The notes beneath the pieces were generated by a model. It did not search any database, was not told the origin of the DNA, and saw only the letters and a program-made list of their open reading frames with translations. Below, piece after piece: positions 17,121 through 27,762 of a stretch of DNA of 64,000 nucleotides. Within the stretch, counting starts at the first letter, position 1, and each line of letters starts with the position of its first letter. The translations under genes and the position numbers were made by a program. This stretch comes from Halorientalis sp. GTDB lineage: Archaea; Halobacteriota; Halobacteria; Halobacteriales; Haloarculaceae. The stretch spans positions 22,210-86,209 of the forward strand of contig JBDGUF010000015.1 of assembly GCA_042216105.1 (NCBI GenBank). The letters are read 5' to 3'.

Positions 17121-19613
17121 TCAGTCCGCCGCTTCCGCGCTCGCCTGCTGTTGCCACTCGCGGATCTGGTCGGCGGAGACGCCCTGGACCGTCGTCGCGA
17201 CCTCGTCGGGGTCGACGGTCTCCAGATCCGCCAGCGTCTCGACGTCGGCCTCGGCCAGTTTCTCCGCGGTGCGCTCGCCCAGCCCGTCCAGGTCGACGAG
17301 GTCCTCGACGGCCTGTCGGGCCTGGTACTCCCGGTAGTTACAGATCGGACAGCCCAACTCCCACGGGTCGTCGCCGTCGTGGACGACCAGTTCGGGCAGG
17401 TCGTGTTCCTCGCAGCGTTCGTCGGTCACCTCGATCTCGCCCCGCCGGGGCAGCGGCAGCGAGTACTCGCAGTCGGGATAGCGCGTACACCCGACCAGCC
17501 GCGAGCCGTTCCGGAGTTGCTTGATCGCGAGGTCGCCGCCGTGTTCCTGGCCACACTCCGGACAGTCGCCGATCACCTCGTCCTCGCTCTCGTCGGCCGC
17601 GTCGGCCGCACACTGGGGACAGCCGTGGACGAACGTGTCCCGCCCCGCGAGCATCTTGACGTGACGCAGGCCGTGTTCCTCGCAGCGCTCGTCCAGCACC
17701 TGCGGTTGGCCCGTGCTCGGCAGGGGCAGGGTGTACCGACAGTCCGGGAAGCCGTCACAGCCGACGAAGTGCGAGCCGTGGCGGCTCTGCCGGATCAGCA
17801 GATCGTGGTCGCTCTCGGGACAGGGCCCCAGCGTCCGGTCGGCCTTCAGCGACTCCTGGAGGTGGTCGCCGACCTTCTCGCGGGACTCGTGGAGTTCCTC
17901 GAAGACCCGTTCCAGCATCTCGCGTGACTCCTCGGTCACGTCCTCGAGCGTGGCCTCGCCGCTGGCGATGGCCGCCATGTCCGCCTCCAGTTCCGCGGTC
18001 ATCTCCTCGCTGACGACGTGGTCGGCGTACTCCTCGGCGGCCTCGACGACGGCCTCCGCAAGCGTCGTCGGCCGCGGCGGGTCGTTCTCGATGTAGCCCC
18101 GGTCGTAGAGCTTCTCGATGACGTTGTGCCGGGTGGCCTTCGTCCCGATGCCCATGTCCTCCATCTTCTCGATCAGCCGCGACTGGCCGTACCGGCGCGG
18201 GGGCTGGGTCTGCTTGGCCTCCAGTTCCACGTCCGAGACGGCCAGTTCCGCGCCCTCCTCGACATCGGGCACGAAGTTCTCGCTCGCGCTGGAGTAGGGG
18301 TAGACCGCGTGGTAGCCCGGCTCCACGAGGCGCTTGCCGTTTGCCTTCAACTGGCAACCGTTTGCGTCGGCGACCACGCGCAGGTGTTCCCAGGTCGCGG
18401 GTTCCGCGACCGTCGCGAAGAAGCGCCGGACGATCAGTTCGTAGACCTCCCACTCGTCGTCGCCGAGTTCGCTCCGGTTCGGGAGTTCGCCCGTCGGGTG
18501 GATCGGCGGGTGGTCGGTCGTCTCCTCGTCGCCACGCGTCGGCTCGATCTCGTCGAGGTTCAGGAGACCGGCGGCGTCCTCGCCGAAGGCGCTGGTGTCC
18601 GCGAAGTCCGCGACCAGTTCCTCCGGGTCCAGATCCTCGGGATACACCGTGTTGTCCGTGCGCGGGTACGTGACGTAGCCCGCTGTGTACAGCTCCTCGG
18701 CGATGCTCATGGCGCGCTGGGCGGAGTAGCCCAGCGAGCCCGCGGCGCTGATGAACTGGGTCGTGTTGAACGGCGCGGGCGGCTCGTCGGTCCGGGTCCG
18801 CCGCCGGACCTCGGTGACGGTCGCGCTGTCGGCCGCCTGCAACCGCTCGTGGGCGTCCTCGGCGGCGGCCTCGTCCCAGACCCGCTCGGCCTCCGTGCCG
18901 TCGTCGTCGTAGAAGTACTGGGCCTCGAAGGACTGGCCGTCCTCCGTGAGGTCGGCGAACAGCTCCCAGTAGTCGTCGGGCTCGAAGGCCTCGATCTCGC
19001 GTTCGCGGTCGACGATCAGTTTCAGCGTCGGGGACTGCACCCGACCCACGGAGATGAAGTCGTCGCCCAGCTGCCGGGCCGACAGCGACAGGAAGCGAGT
19101 CAACGCCGCCCCCCAGATCAGGTCGATGATCTGGCGGGCCTCGCCCGCCGCCGCCAGATCGAAGTCCAGGTCGTCGGGGTCCGCGAAGGCGTCTTTCACC
19201 TCGCGCTCGGTGATCGAGGAGAAGCGCACCCGCTTGATCGGCACGTCGGTCTCGTCGCGGATGATCTCGTAGGCCTCCTTCCCGATCAACTCGCCCTCGC
19301 GGTCGTAGTCGGTCGCGATGACCGCCTCGTCGGCCCGCCCTGCCAGCTCGCGGAGCGTCCGGACGATATTTTCCTTCGTGGGCGATTTCGTGATCTCGGC
19401 GTCGATCAGCTCGACGGGCTCGACGTCCCGCCAGTCGCCGTACTCGGGCGGGAAGTCGACGGCGACGACGTGTCCCGAGAGGCCGACGACGCGCTTGTCG
19501 CCCCAGCGGTAGACGTTGACGCCGTTCCGGCGCTGGACCTCGGCGCTGTCCTCGCTGAGGATCTCGGCGATGCGCCGCGCGGCGTTGTCCTTCTCGGTGA
19601 TGATCAACTCCAC
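17121..19613 (-). CDS. topA: DNA topoisomerase I (type IA) with C-terminal zinc ribbons and HhH
   Basis: LIITEK, ATDYDREGE, SVGRVQSPTL, catalytic YVTYPRTD, GIGTKATR, CxxC ribbons. Confidence 0.97.
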   Translation of the reverse strand: MELIITEKDNAARRIAEILSEDSAEVQRRNGVNVYRWGDKRVVGLSGHVVAVDFPPEYGDWRDVEPVELIDAEITKSPTKENIVRTLRELAGRADEAVIATDYDREGELIGKEAYEIIRDETDVPIKRVRFSSITEREVKDAFADPDDLDFDLAAAGEARQIIDLIWGAALTRFLSLSARQLGDDFISVGRVQSPTLKLIVDREREIEAFEPDDYWELFADLTEDGQSFEAQYFYDDDGTEAERVWDEAAAEDAHERLQAADSATVTEVRRRTRTDEPPAPFNTTQFISAAGSLGYSAQRAMSIAEELYTAGYVTYPRTDNTVYPEDLDPEELVADFADTSAFGEDAAGLLNLDEIEPTRGDEETTDHPPIHPTGELPNRSELGDDEWEVYELIVRRFFATVAEPATWEHLRVVADANGCQLKANGKRLVEPGYHAVYPYSSASENFVPDVEEGAELAVSDVELEAKQTQPPRRYGQSRLIEKMEDMGIGTKATRHNVIEKLYDRGYIENDPPRPTTLAEAVVEAAEEYADHVVSEEMTAELEADMAAIASGEATLEDVTEESREMLERVFEELHESREKVGDHLQESLKADRTLGPCPESDHDLLIRQSRHGSHFVGCDGFPDCRYTLPLPSTGQPQVLDERCEEHGLRHVKMLAGRDTFVHGCPQCAADAADESEDEVIGDCPECGQEHGGDLAIKQLRNGSRLVGCTRYPDCEYSLPLPRRGEIEVTDERCEEHDLPELVVHDGDDPWELGCPICNYREYQARQAVEDLVDLDGLGERTAEKLAEADVETLADLETVDPDEVATTVQGVSADQIREWQQQASAEAAD

Positions 19614-19770
19614 GGCGGCCCACCTCCCGGTGCGTGGGTGGTCATTCGGCCGTCCCTATGCGGAGACCGTTTCTAAACCTTTCGTCACGCTGAACGAGAA
19701 ACCGCGGGACTGCGCGGGCGTGCGAGTGCGAGCACGGGACCGACACCCGCCGTCGCCCGGTCCGCTCGCC

Positions 19771-21288
19771 TCACTCCTCCAGCTCCTCTCGGAGTAACTG
19801 GTTCACGTCGCCGGGGTCGGCGCTGCCGCCGGTCTTCTGCATCACCTGGCCGACGAGGAAGTTGATCGCGTCGTCCTCGCCGTCGTGGTAGTCCGCCACG
19901 GCTCCGGGGTTCTCGTCGATGGCCTCGCTCACGGCGGCGGCCACCTCGTCGCCGCTGGTCTTGCCCAGGTCCTCCTCCGCGACGACGGTGTCGGGATCGG
20001 TCCCCTCGTCGAGCATCGTCCGCAGGACCGTCTCGCGGGCGTTCTTGGCGGTGATCTCGTCCTCGGCGACGAGTTCGACCAGCCGGGTGACCTCGTCGAA
20101 GCGGTCGTCGATATCCGTGATCTGCATGTCCCGGTAGTTCAGTTCGCCCAGCAGGTTGTCCGCGACCCAGGTCGCCGCGAGGTCGGGGTCGAACTCCGCG
20201 GCCACGTCCTCGAAGAAGTCCGCGACCTGTTTCGTGCTGGTGAGTTTCGAGGCGGCCTCCTCGCTGAGCCCGTACTCCGCCTCGAAGCGCTCGCGGCGGG
20301 CGTCGGGCAGTTCCGGGATGGCGATCTCCTCCTTCCAGTCGGCCACCTGGAGCGGCGGGAGGTCGGCCTCCCGGAAGTAGCGGTAGTCCTTCTCCTCCTC
20401 CTTCGAGCGCATCGAGACCGTGTTGCCGTGGGTCTCGTTGAAGTGGCGGGTCTCCTGCTCGACCGCCCGGCCCGACTCGACGAGTTTCTTCTGGCGGGAC
20501 TGCTCGAAGGCCAGGGCCTGCTCGGCTCCCTTGTGGCTGGAGATGTTCTTTACCTCCGTGCGGTTGGCGTCGTCCAGCACCGACTCGTCGATGTCGCCGT
20601 CGTCGCCGACCTCCTCGGCAGGGACCATCGAGAGGTTGGCGTCGATCCGCAGGGAGCCGTCCCGGCCGGGGTCGAACACGCCCAGGTACTCCAGCACCTC
20701 CTCCAGTTTTTCGAGGAACTTCCGGACCTCCCCGGGCTCGCGGAAGTCCGGTTCGGTGACGATCTCCATCAGGGGCGTGCCGGCGCGGTTGTAGTCGATC
20801 AGGGTGTAGTCGGCGCGCTCGATGGAGACGGTGCGACTCTCCAGGTCCTCGGTCCCCTCGCGGACGTGCTTGATGCTGCCGGGGTCCTCTTCGAGGTGGG
20901 CCCGGCGGATGGCGACGCTCCGGCGGTCGCCGTCGACCGAGAACTCGAGTTCGCCGTCCTGACAGATCGGCGCGTCGTACTGGGTGATCTGGAAGTTCTT
21001 GGGCAGGTCGGGGTAGTAGTAGTTCTTCCGGTGGAAGGTGGTCTCTTCGGGGATCTCGGCGTCGATGGCCTTCCCGACCTTGACCGCGGCCTCGACGGCC
21101 CCCTCGTTGAGGACCGGCAGGGCACCGGGGAGACCGAGACAGACGGGGCAGGTGTGGGTGTTCGGCTCGTCGTCGCCGACGTCCGTCGAACAGCCACAGA
21201 AGATCTTCGTCGCCGTCTCCAGCTGGACGTGGACCTCCAGCCCGATGACGGCCACGAGATCGCCCGTTTCGGCAGCCTGTGCTGTCAT
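19771..21288 (-). CDS. gatB: Asp-tRNA(Asn)/Glu-tRNA(Gln) amidotransferase subunit B
   Basis: IGLEVHVQL, CLGLPGALPVLN, RKNYYYPDLPKNFQITQ, HLEEDPG, DYNRAGTPLMEIVTEPD. Confidence 0.97.
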   Translation of the reverse strand: MTAQAAETGDLVAVIGLEVHVQLETATKIFCGCSTDVGDDEPNTHTCPVCLGLPGALPVLNEGAVEAAVKVGKAIDAEIPEETTFHRKNYYYPDLPKNFQITQYDAPICQDGELEFSVDGDRRSVAIRRAHLEEDPGSIKHVREGTEDLESRTVSIERADYTLIDYNRAGTPLMEIVTEPDFREPGEVRKFLEKLEEVLEYLGVFDPGRDGSLRIDANLSMVPAEEVGDDGDIDESVLDDANRTEVKNISSHKGAEQALAFEQSRQKKLVESGRAVEQETRHFNETHGNTVSMRSKEEEKDYRYFREADLPPLQVADWKEEIAIPELPDARRERFEAEYGLSEEAASKLTSTKQVADFFEDVAAEFDPDLAATWVADNLLGELNYRDMQITDIDDRFDEVTRLVELVAEDEITAKNARETVLRTMLDEGTDPDTVVAEEDLGKTSGDEVAAAVSEAIDENPGAVADYHDGEDDAINFLVGQVMQKTGGSADPGDVNQLLREELEE

Positions 21289-21402
21289 TACTCGCGGTTC
21301 GTGAGCGCGCGGCTAAAGGCTAACGACCCGGCCGCGGCCGGCGGAGCCGAGCCTCTCGGACGCAGGCGTATCTTTCTTGTCCGTCCTCGCCCAAGTCCCG
21401 GT

Positions 21403-21696
21403 ATGGTCACGGACACACTGCGCCGGCTGGGGTACGGCTGGTTGCTCGTGCAGGGACTGCTGGCCGCCGTCGCGCCGGCGAAAAGCATCGCGTTGAACGC
21501 GAGGCTGTGGGGTCTGGCCTTCGAGAACACCGGGGAACTGGAACCGAAACCGTGGTACGTCCGCTCGGTTCGGGCGGCGGGAGTCGGCATGCTCGCGGCC
21601 GGCGGTGTCGGTCTCCTGCTGGAAGACCGGGCCGGCGAGTCCGACGGCGAGACCGAGGAACCCGACGAGCCGATCACGGTCGAGACCGACGACTGA
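21403..21696 (+). CDS. Small membrane protein
   Basis: MVTDTLRRLG...; two hydrophobic segments and an acidic tail. Confidence 0.7.
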   Translation: MVTDTLRRLGYGWLLVQGLLAAVAPAKSIALNARLWGLAFENTGELEPKPWYVRSVRAAGVGMLAAGGVGLLLEDRAGESDGETEEPDEPITVETDD

Positions 21697-21705
21697 CGGA
21701 GACCG

Positions 21706-22827
21706 TCACTCCCGGACGATCTGGCCGTCGAGGTACGCGCGGACCTTGTCGTTGGTCGATTGGGTCTTCTTCAGGAAGGTGACGACGCGCTCGCCGGCCT
21801 CGCGCTCGTCGGCCTCGATCTCCAGTTGCAGCCCCATGTCCCGGAAGTGTTCGAACAGTTCGTCGACGGTCTCGGGGGGCGCGCGGACGGTGTGGCGCTC
21901 GCCGACGGTCGCGCCGTCGTCGATCCGCTCGATCGTCTCGGTCATCGAACCGAGGATCGCCTCCCCGAGCTCGTGGGCGCGCTCGCGGCGGGCCGGTTCG
22001 TCCTCGTCCCACTCGACGGACTGGAAGGCCTCCCGGATGAGCCGCCGGAACATGAACGACTGGCCGTAGTCGAAGGGCAGCGAGAAGGCGTAGGCCAGAT
22101 CGCTCCGGTTGGCGGCCGAGGTGGTGTACTTGAGTTGCTGGTCGACCGACGGCGTCTTCATCACGACGCCCTCCCGGCCCGCAGCGTCCAGTTCCTCGAC
22201 GATGCCCGGGAGTTCGTCGACGGCTTCCTCGGGCGTGACGACGCCGTGGAAGGGGACCTGCGGGACGTCGTAGTCGGCACACAGCTCGCGGCGCTCGCGG
22301 ACGGGGACCGACTCGCCGGTCTCGCGGTCGCGCACGTCGAACACGCGGAACGCGAGCGAGTCCACGTCGGGGTAGTCGTGGTCGGTGTAGGGGTTCTCCG
22401 GCCCGATCATCTCCCCACAGAGCATCAGGTCCGGGTGGTCGGCGAAGAAGTCCGCGACGGGGAGGAGTTCGCGCGCTTTGTGCGTGGTGAACGGACAGAC
22501 GATGCCGCTGCGGGTGAAAGCGAGCGGTTCGGCCGGTGGGTCCTGGCCCACGCGGGCGACGCGGACGTTGAAGCCGTCGAGTTTCTCCTCGACGGCGAGT
22601 TCGCCGTCGAAGTGCCGGGGAACGCCGGTCTCGATCACCAGCGTGCGGGGAATCTTCGGGAACCCGTCGACGACGGTGTCCTCGATCAGGACGACGCCAC
22701 GGTTGAGGTCGCCCCGGTAGTCCGGGAGGTGTTCGTACTCCCGGCCGCGGAACGTCCGCCGCTCGAAGTACTCCCGGAGTTCCGCGAACCGGTCCGCCGA
22801 GACCGGCAGTGGCTCGTGGTAGTCCAT
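21706..22827 (-). CDS. ATP-dependent RNA ligase, Rnl3 (Pab1020/MthRnl) family
   Basis: GFPKIPR, motif I EEKLDGFN, FTRSG, CGEMIGPENPY, FRVFDV, REGVVMK, LKYTT. Confidence 0.9.
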   Translation of the reverse strand: MDYHEPLPVSADRFAELREYFERRTFRGREYEHLPDYRGDLNRGVVLIEDTVVDGFPKIPRTLVIETGVPRHFDGELAVEEKLDGFNVRVARVGQDPPAEPLAFTRSGIVCPFTTHKARELLPVADFFADHPDLMLCGEMIGPENPYTDHDYPDVDSLAFRVFDVRDRETGESVPVRERRELCADYDVPQVPFHGVVTPEEAVDELPGIVEELDAAGREGVVMKTPSVDQQLKYTTSAANRSDLAYAFSLPFDYGQSFMFRRLIREAFQSVEWDEDEPARRERAHELGEAILGSMTETIERIDDGATVGERHTVRAPPETVDELFEHFRDMGLQLEIEADEREAGERVVTFLKKTQSTNDKVRAYLDGQIVRE

Positions 22828-23006
22828 AGGGGGACGAGGCCGGCCGGGCCAAAGAAACTCCGTCGACCTCTCAGTTTCCGGGAATCCCCGGGGCACTCAC
22901 ACGGCGCGACCACACGGTACAGTCGTAGCAGCGCGAAAGTCCACGATTTCAGTCGTAGGAGAGGTCAGGCCGGGGACATATTACCCCGGAGGTACTGCGA
23001 TCGGAT

Positions 23007-23669
23007 ATGGCAGACCATCCGCTCAAACAGCGGTTCGTCGTCGACACGTCGGCCGTCCTCACCGACGAGATCAGACGGGACGACGAGGACGTCGACGACG
23101 CCGTGAACCGCTTGCTCGACCTGATCGCGGAGGCGAAACTGGGGCTGGACATCTCCTGTTACATGCCGCCGTCGATCTACGAGGAACTGCGCCTGATGCT
23201 GGAGGACCGGCCGGTCGACGACGAGGTGTTCTCGAAGCTCAACACCTGGATCATCAAGAAAAATCCGGCGCGCTACGAGGTGATGATCCCCGCCGAGATC
23301 GTCTACGAGTTCATCGACGAGATGTCCGACCGCGTGGACCGGGGCCTGCGCGTCTCCGAGAAGGCCGTGCGGAAGGCCGAGCAGTCCCGCGCCGACGAGA
23401 TCGAGGATCACGAGTACATGACCGAGGTCGACAAGGTGATCTCGGACCTGCGCGACGAGTACCGCACGACGCTCCGGCAGGGCGTGCTCGACTCCCGGGA
23501 GGACTTCGACCTCCTGATCCTCGCGCGGGAACTCGACGCCGGCGTCGTCACCGAAGACCAGGGCATCATCAACTGGGCCGAAGACTTCGGCCTGCGTTAC
23601 CTGAAGGGGCGGGACTTCCCGACCCTGCTGGAGGAGTACCTGCAGGCGGCCGACCGCGAGCCCTACTGA
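23007..23669 (+). CDS. HARP (homolog of Aquifex protein-only RNase P; RNA ligase partner PIN protein)
   Basis: [26 protein letters not shown] spike helix, [28 protein letters not shown]. Confidence 0.88.
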   Translation: MADHPLKQRFVVDTSAVLTDEIRRDDEDVDDAVNRLLDLIAEAKLGLDISCYMPPSIYEELRLMLEDRPVDDEVFSKLNTWIIKKNPARYEVMIPAEIVYEFIDEMSDRVDRGLRVSEKAVRKAEQSRADEIEDHEYMTEVDKVISDLRDEYRTTLRQGVLDSREDFDLLILARELDAGVVTEDQGIINWAEDFGLRYLKGRDFPTLLEEYLQAADREPY

Positions 23670-23795
23670 CCGACTCCCCGACACGCCCCGCCCCAGTCAC
23701 AGTCGCTCAGGACCGTTTTCACCGCCCCGTTTCCTATCAGAAGCTATGTGAATGTCTGACGTAACTTTATGCCGACGGAAGCGGGGTGTACCCAT

Positions 23796-24149
23796 ATGGC
23801 GAGCGGTAATCGCGTCGAGGAACTCGAATCGCGCGTAAACGAGCTTGAAGCGACGGTCGACGGTCTCACCGACGAACTCGTCGAGTGCAAGGTCCGCATC
23901 CGCGAACTGGAGAACGTCGTGGACGACCAGGTCGGACTGGACACCATCGACGGCAGCGGCGTCGGGTCCTCGACCGCCCCGGCGGAACGGGAGGCAGCCG
24001 GCGAGTCCGACGACCCGGAGCCCGAGGTCGAGTCGGAGTCGGAGGCGGAACCGACCGCGGACGCGGAGGCGGCCGACACGTCTAAATCCGAGGCCGCCGA
24101 GACGGAAGACGAGACGGAGTCCGAGGGCAGCGACATCATCATCGCCTGA
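23796..24149 (+). CDS. Short coiled-coil protein with acidic tail, upstream of smc
   Basis: Heptad RVEELESRVNELEATVDGLTDELVECKVRIRELE, long acidic linker, ends SDIIIA; 22 nt before smc. Confidence 0.8.
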   Translation: MASGNRVEELESRVNELEATVDGLTDELVECKVRIRELENVVDDQVGLDTIDGSGVGSSTAPAEREAAGESDDPEPEVESESEAEPTADAEAADTSKSEAAETEDETESEGSDIIIA

Positions 24150-24171
24150 CGGCTCCGGTCACGGGCACCCC

Positions 24172-27100
24172 ATGCACATCAAAGAGCTCGTCCTCGACAA
24201 TTTCAAGAGTTTCGGCCGGAAGACCCGCATCCCGTTTTACGAGGACTTCACCACCGTGAGCGGCCCGAACGGCTCGGGCAAGTCCAACATCATCGACTCG
24301 ATCCTGTTCGCGCTCGGACTGGCCCGCACGTCGGGTATCCGCGCGGAGAAGCTGACCGACCTCATCTACAACCCCGGCCACCAGGACGGCGAGCGCGAGA
24401 GCGACGAGGAACGCGAGGCCAGCGTTGAGGTCATCCTCGACAACGGCGACGGCACCCTCGATCGGGGGACCGTCGTCAACGCCGCCGGCACCGAGGACGT
24501 GGGCGACTGTTCGGAGATCTCCATCAAGCGCCGCGTCAAGGAGACCGAGGACAACTACTACTCCTATTACTACATCAACGGCCGCTCGGTCAACCTCTCG
24601 GACATCCAGGACCTGCTGGCACAGGCCGGCGTCACCCCCGAGGGGTACAACGTCGTCATGCAGGGCGACGTGACCGAGATCATCAACATGACACCGGGCG
24701 CGCGCAGGGAGATCGTCGACGAGATTGCCGGGGTCGCCCAGTTCGACGAGAAGAAGGAGGACGCCTTCGAGGAACTGGAGGTCGTCGAGGAACGCATCGA
24801 GGAGGCCCAGCTACGCATCGAGGAGAAGCGGGACCGGCTCGACCAGCTCGAGGACGAGCGCGAGACCGCCCTCGAGTACCAGGAGCTGCGCGAGGAGAAA
24901 GAGGAGTACGAGTCCTACCGGAAAGCCGCCGAACTGGAGGACAAACGCGCGGAGCTGGAGTCGGTCCGCGAGGAGATCGCCGAGCTGGAGGACAAACTCG
25001 ACGGCCTCCAGCGCGAGCTCGACGAGCGCCAGGGCAAGGTCGTCCGCCTCGAGGAGGACCTCGAAGATCTCAACGCGGAGATCGAACGCAAAGGCGAAGA
25101 CGAACAGCTCCGGATCAAACGCGAGATCGAGGAGGTCAAAGGCGAGATCTCCCGGCTGGAAGACGCGGTCGAGTCGGCCGAGGAGAAGATCGAGGACGCC
25201 GAGAACGAGCGCCGGCAGGCGTTCGTCGAGATCGACCGGAAACAGGAGGAGATCGACGACCTGGAGACCGAGATCCGCGAGACCAAGGTCGCCAAATCCG
25301 GCGTCAAGGCCGACATCCAGGACAAAGAAGACGAACTCGCGGACCTGGAGGAACGCATCGAGGAGGTCGGGTCCGAGTTCGAGGAGGTCAAGGCGGAACT
25401 CGACGAGAAACGCGCCACGCTCGAAGAGAAAAAGAGCGAGAAAAACGACCTCCAGCGCGAGCAGGACCGCCTGCTCGACGAGGCCCGTCGGCGCTCGAAC
25501 CAGCAACGCGAGAAAGAAGCGGAGATCGAGGAAGCCGAGGCTCGCCTCCCGGAGATCGACGCCGAGATCTCGGACCTCGAAGACGAACTGGAGAAAGCGG
25601 CGGAGAACCGGGAGACCATCACCGGCGTCGTCGAGGACCTCAAGCAGGAGAAACGCGAGTTGCAGTCGGACCTGGACGACATCGAGGACGAGATCTCGGC
25701 CAAACAGCAGGAGTACGCCGAACTCGAAGCCAAGGCCGGCCAGGACGGCGACTCCTCGTACGGCCGGGCGGTGACGACGATCCTCGAAGGGGACATCGAC
25801 GGCGTCCACGGCACCGTCGGCCAGCTGGGCGGGGTCGATCCCGAGTACGCCACCGCGTGCGAGACGGCCGCGGGCGGGCGGCTGGCCCACGTCGTCGTCG
25901 ACGACGACGGCGTCGGGGAGCGCTGCATCGAGCACCTGAAATCGCGCAACGCCGGCCGGGCGACTTTCCTGCCGATCACGAAGATGCAGCGGCGGTCGCT
26001 GTCGAGCCCCCCGAGCCACGACGGCGTGGTCGACTTCGCGTACAACCTCGTCGACTTCGATCAGGAGTACGCGGGCGTGTTCTCCTACGTGCTCGGCGAC
26101 ACGCTGATCGTCGACGACATGGACACCGCCCGGGACCTGATGGGCGAGTTCCGGATGGTCACCCTCGAAGGAGATCTCGTCGAGAAGTCCGGCGCGATGA
26201 CCGGCGGCTCCTCGAAGGGGACCCGCTACTCCTTCTCGGGCGGCCAGGGCCAGCTCGAACGCGTGGCCGCGCGGATCAACGAGCTCGAGGACGAACGGCA
26301 GTCGATCCGGTCGGACCTCCGGGACGTGGAGAGCCGGCTGGACGACGCCCGCGACCGCAAGGGAGACGCCGCAGAGCAGGTCCGGGAGATCGAGAGCGAG
26401 ATCGAGGACCTCGAATCCGAACGCGAGGAGACCAACGAGCGGATCGAACGGCTCGAGGCCGAACTCGACGAGATCGAGAGCGATCGCGAGGAGGTCTCCG
26501 ACCGGATGGACGAACTCGACGCCGAGATCGAGAAGCGAACCGCCGAGATCGAGGCCATCGAGGCCGAGATCGAAGAGCTGGAGAGCGAGATCGAGGACTC
26601 CGAACTCCCGGAGTTGACCAGCGAAGCCGACGCGGTGCGCGAGGAGATCGCGGAACTGGAGGATCGCCGCGACGACCTGGACGGCGACCTGAACGAACTC
26701 CAGCTGGAGAAACAGTACGCCGAGGAGGCCATCGAGGAGCTCCACGACGACATCGAGGCAGCCCAGAACCGCAAGGCCGAACAGGAAGAGCGGATCGCGG
26801 AGCTCGAAGCGCAGATCGACGAGCAGGAGGCGCTGCTCGAAGAGAAAGAGGAGGCGGTCGCCGACCTCGAGGAGGAACTGGCGGACCTCAAAGCCGAGCG
26901 CGAGGATCTCAAGGACGAACTGGCGGAGGCGAAGGCGGCCCGCGACGAACAGCAGTCGAAGGTGACGAGCGTCGAGGACGAGTTGTCCGACCTGCGGGAG
27001 GAGGCCGACCGCCTCGACTGGGAGGTCGACGAACTCGAATCCCAGGTCGGCGACTACGATCCCGAGGACGTGCCCGACCACGACGAGGTCGAGCGCGAGA

Positions 27101-27762
27101 TCGACCGCCTCGAGACGGAGATGGAGAAGCTCGAACCCGTGAACATGCTGGCCATCGAGGAGTACGACGAGGTGAAGGCCGAGCTGGACGACCTCGAGGA
27201 CAAGAAGGCGACCCTGGTCGAGGAGGCCGACGGCATCCGCGACCGGATCGACACCTACGAGGCCAAGAAGAAGGAGACGTTCATGGATGCCTACGAGGGC
27301 ATCAACGAACACTTCGAGGACATCTTCGAGCGGCTCTCGAACGGAACCGGGACTCTCCATCTGGAAGACGAGGACGACCCCTTCGAGGGCGGGCTGACGA
27401 TGAAGGCCCAGCCAAAGGACAAGCCGATCCAGCGGCTGGCGGCGATGTCCGGCGGGGAGAAGTCGCTGACCGCACTCGCCTTCATCTTCGCCATCCAGCG
27501 GTACAACCCCGCGCCCTTCTACGCGCTGGACGAGGTCGACGCCTTCCTCGACGCGGCCAACGCCGAGATGGTCGGGGAGATGGTCGACGAACTGGCCGGC
27601 GACGCGCAGTTCGTGGTGGTCTCGCACCGCTCGGCGCTGCTGGAGCGGTCGGAACGGGCCATCGGCGTCACGATGCAGGAGGACAACATCTCCGCCGTGA
27701 CGGGCATCGACCTGAGCGAGGTCGGTGGCGACGGCGACGAGGAGGTGCCCGCCGATGACTGA
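24172..27762 (+). CDS. smc: Chromosome segregation ATPase SMC
   Basis: NFKSF, GPNGSGKSN, QG loop, hinge GRATFLP and GAMTGG, MSGGEKS, LDEVDAFLD. Confidence 0.98.
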   Translation: MHIKELVLDNFKSFGRKTRIPFYEDFTTVSGPNGSGKSNIIDSILFALGLARTSGIRAEKLTDLIYNPGHQDGERESDEEREASVEVILDNGDGTLDRGTVVNAAGTEDVGDCSEISIKRRVKETEDNYYSYYYINGRSVNLSDIQDLLAQAGVTPEGYNVVMQGDVTEIINMTPGARREIVDEIAGVAQFDEKKEDAFEELEVVEERIEEAQLRIEEKRDRLDQLEDERETALEYQELREEKEEYESYRKAAELEDKRAELESVREEIAELEDKLDGLQRELDERQGKVVRLEEDLEDLNAEIERKGEDEQLRIKREIEEVKGEISRLEDAVESAEEKIEDAENERRQAFVEIDRKQEEIDDLETEIRETKVAKSGVKADIQDKEDELADLEERIEEVGSEFEEVKAELDEKRATLEEKKSEKNDLQREQDRLLDEARRRSNQQREKEAEIEEAEARLPEIDAEISDLEDELEKAAENRETITGVVEDLKQEKRELQSDLDDIEDEISAKQQEYAELEAKAGQDGDSSYGRAVTTILEGDIDGVHGTVGQLGGVDPEYATACETAAGGRLAHVVVDDDGVGERCIEHLKSRNAGRATFLPITKMQRRSLSSPPSHDGVVDFAYNLVDFDQEYAGVFSYVLGDTLIVDDMDTARDLMGEFRMVTLEGDLVEKSGAMTGGSSKGTRYSFSGGQGQLERVAARINELEDERQSIRSDLRDVESRLDDARDRKGDAAEQVREIESEIEDLESEREETNERIERLEAELDEIESDREEVSDRMDELDAEIEKRTAEIEAIEAEIEELESEIEDSELPELTSEADAVREEIAELEDRRDDLDGDLNELQLEKQYAEEAIEELHDDIEAAQNRKAEQEERIAELEAQIDEQEALLEEKEEAVADLEEELADLKAEREDLKDELAEAKAARDEQQSKVTSVEDELSDLREEADRLDWEVDELESQVGDYDPEDVPDHDEVEREIDRLETEMEKLEPVNMLAIEEYDEVKAELDDLEDKKATLVEEADGIRDRIDTYEAKKKETFMDAYEGINEHFEDIFERLSNGTGTLHLEDEDDPFEGGLTMKAQPKDKPIQRLAAMSGGEKSLTALAFIFAIQRYNPAPFYALDEVDAFLDAANAEMVGEMVDELAGDAQFVVVSHRSALLERSERAIGVTMQEDNISAVTGIDLSEVGGDGDEEVPADD

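Noticed and set aside
24900-27250. Repetitive GAG/GAC-rich DNA in smc
   Set aside because: Encodes acidic coiled coils; not a DNA repeat or CRISPR array
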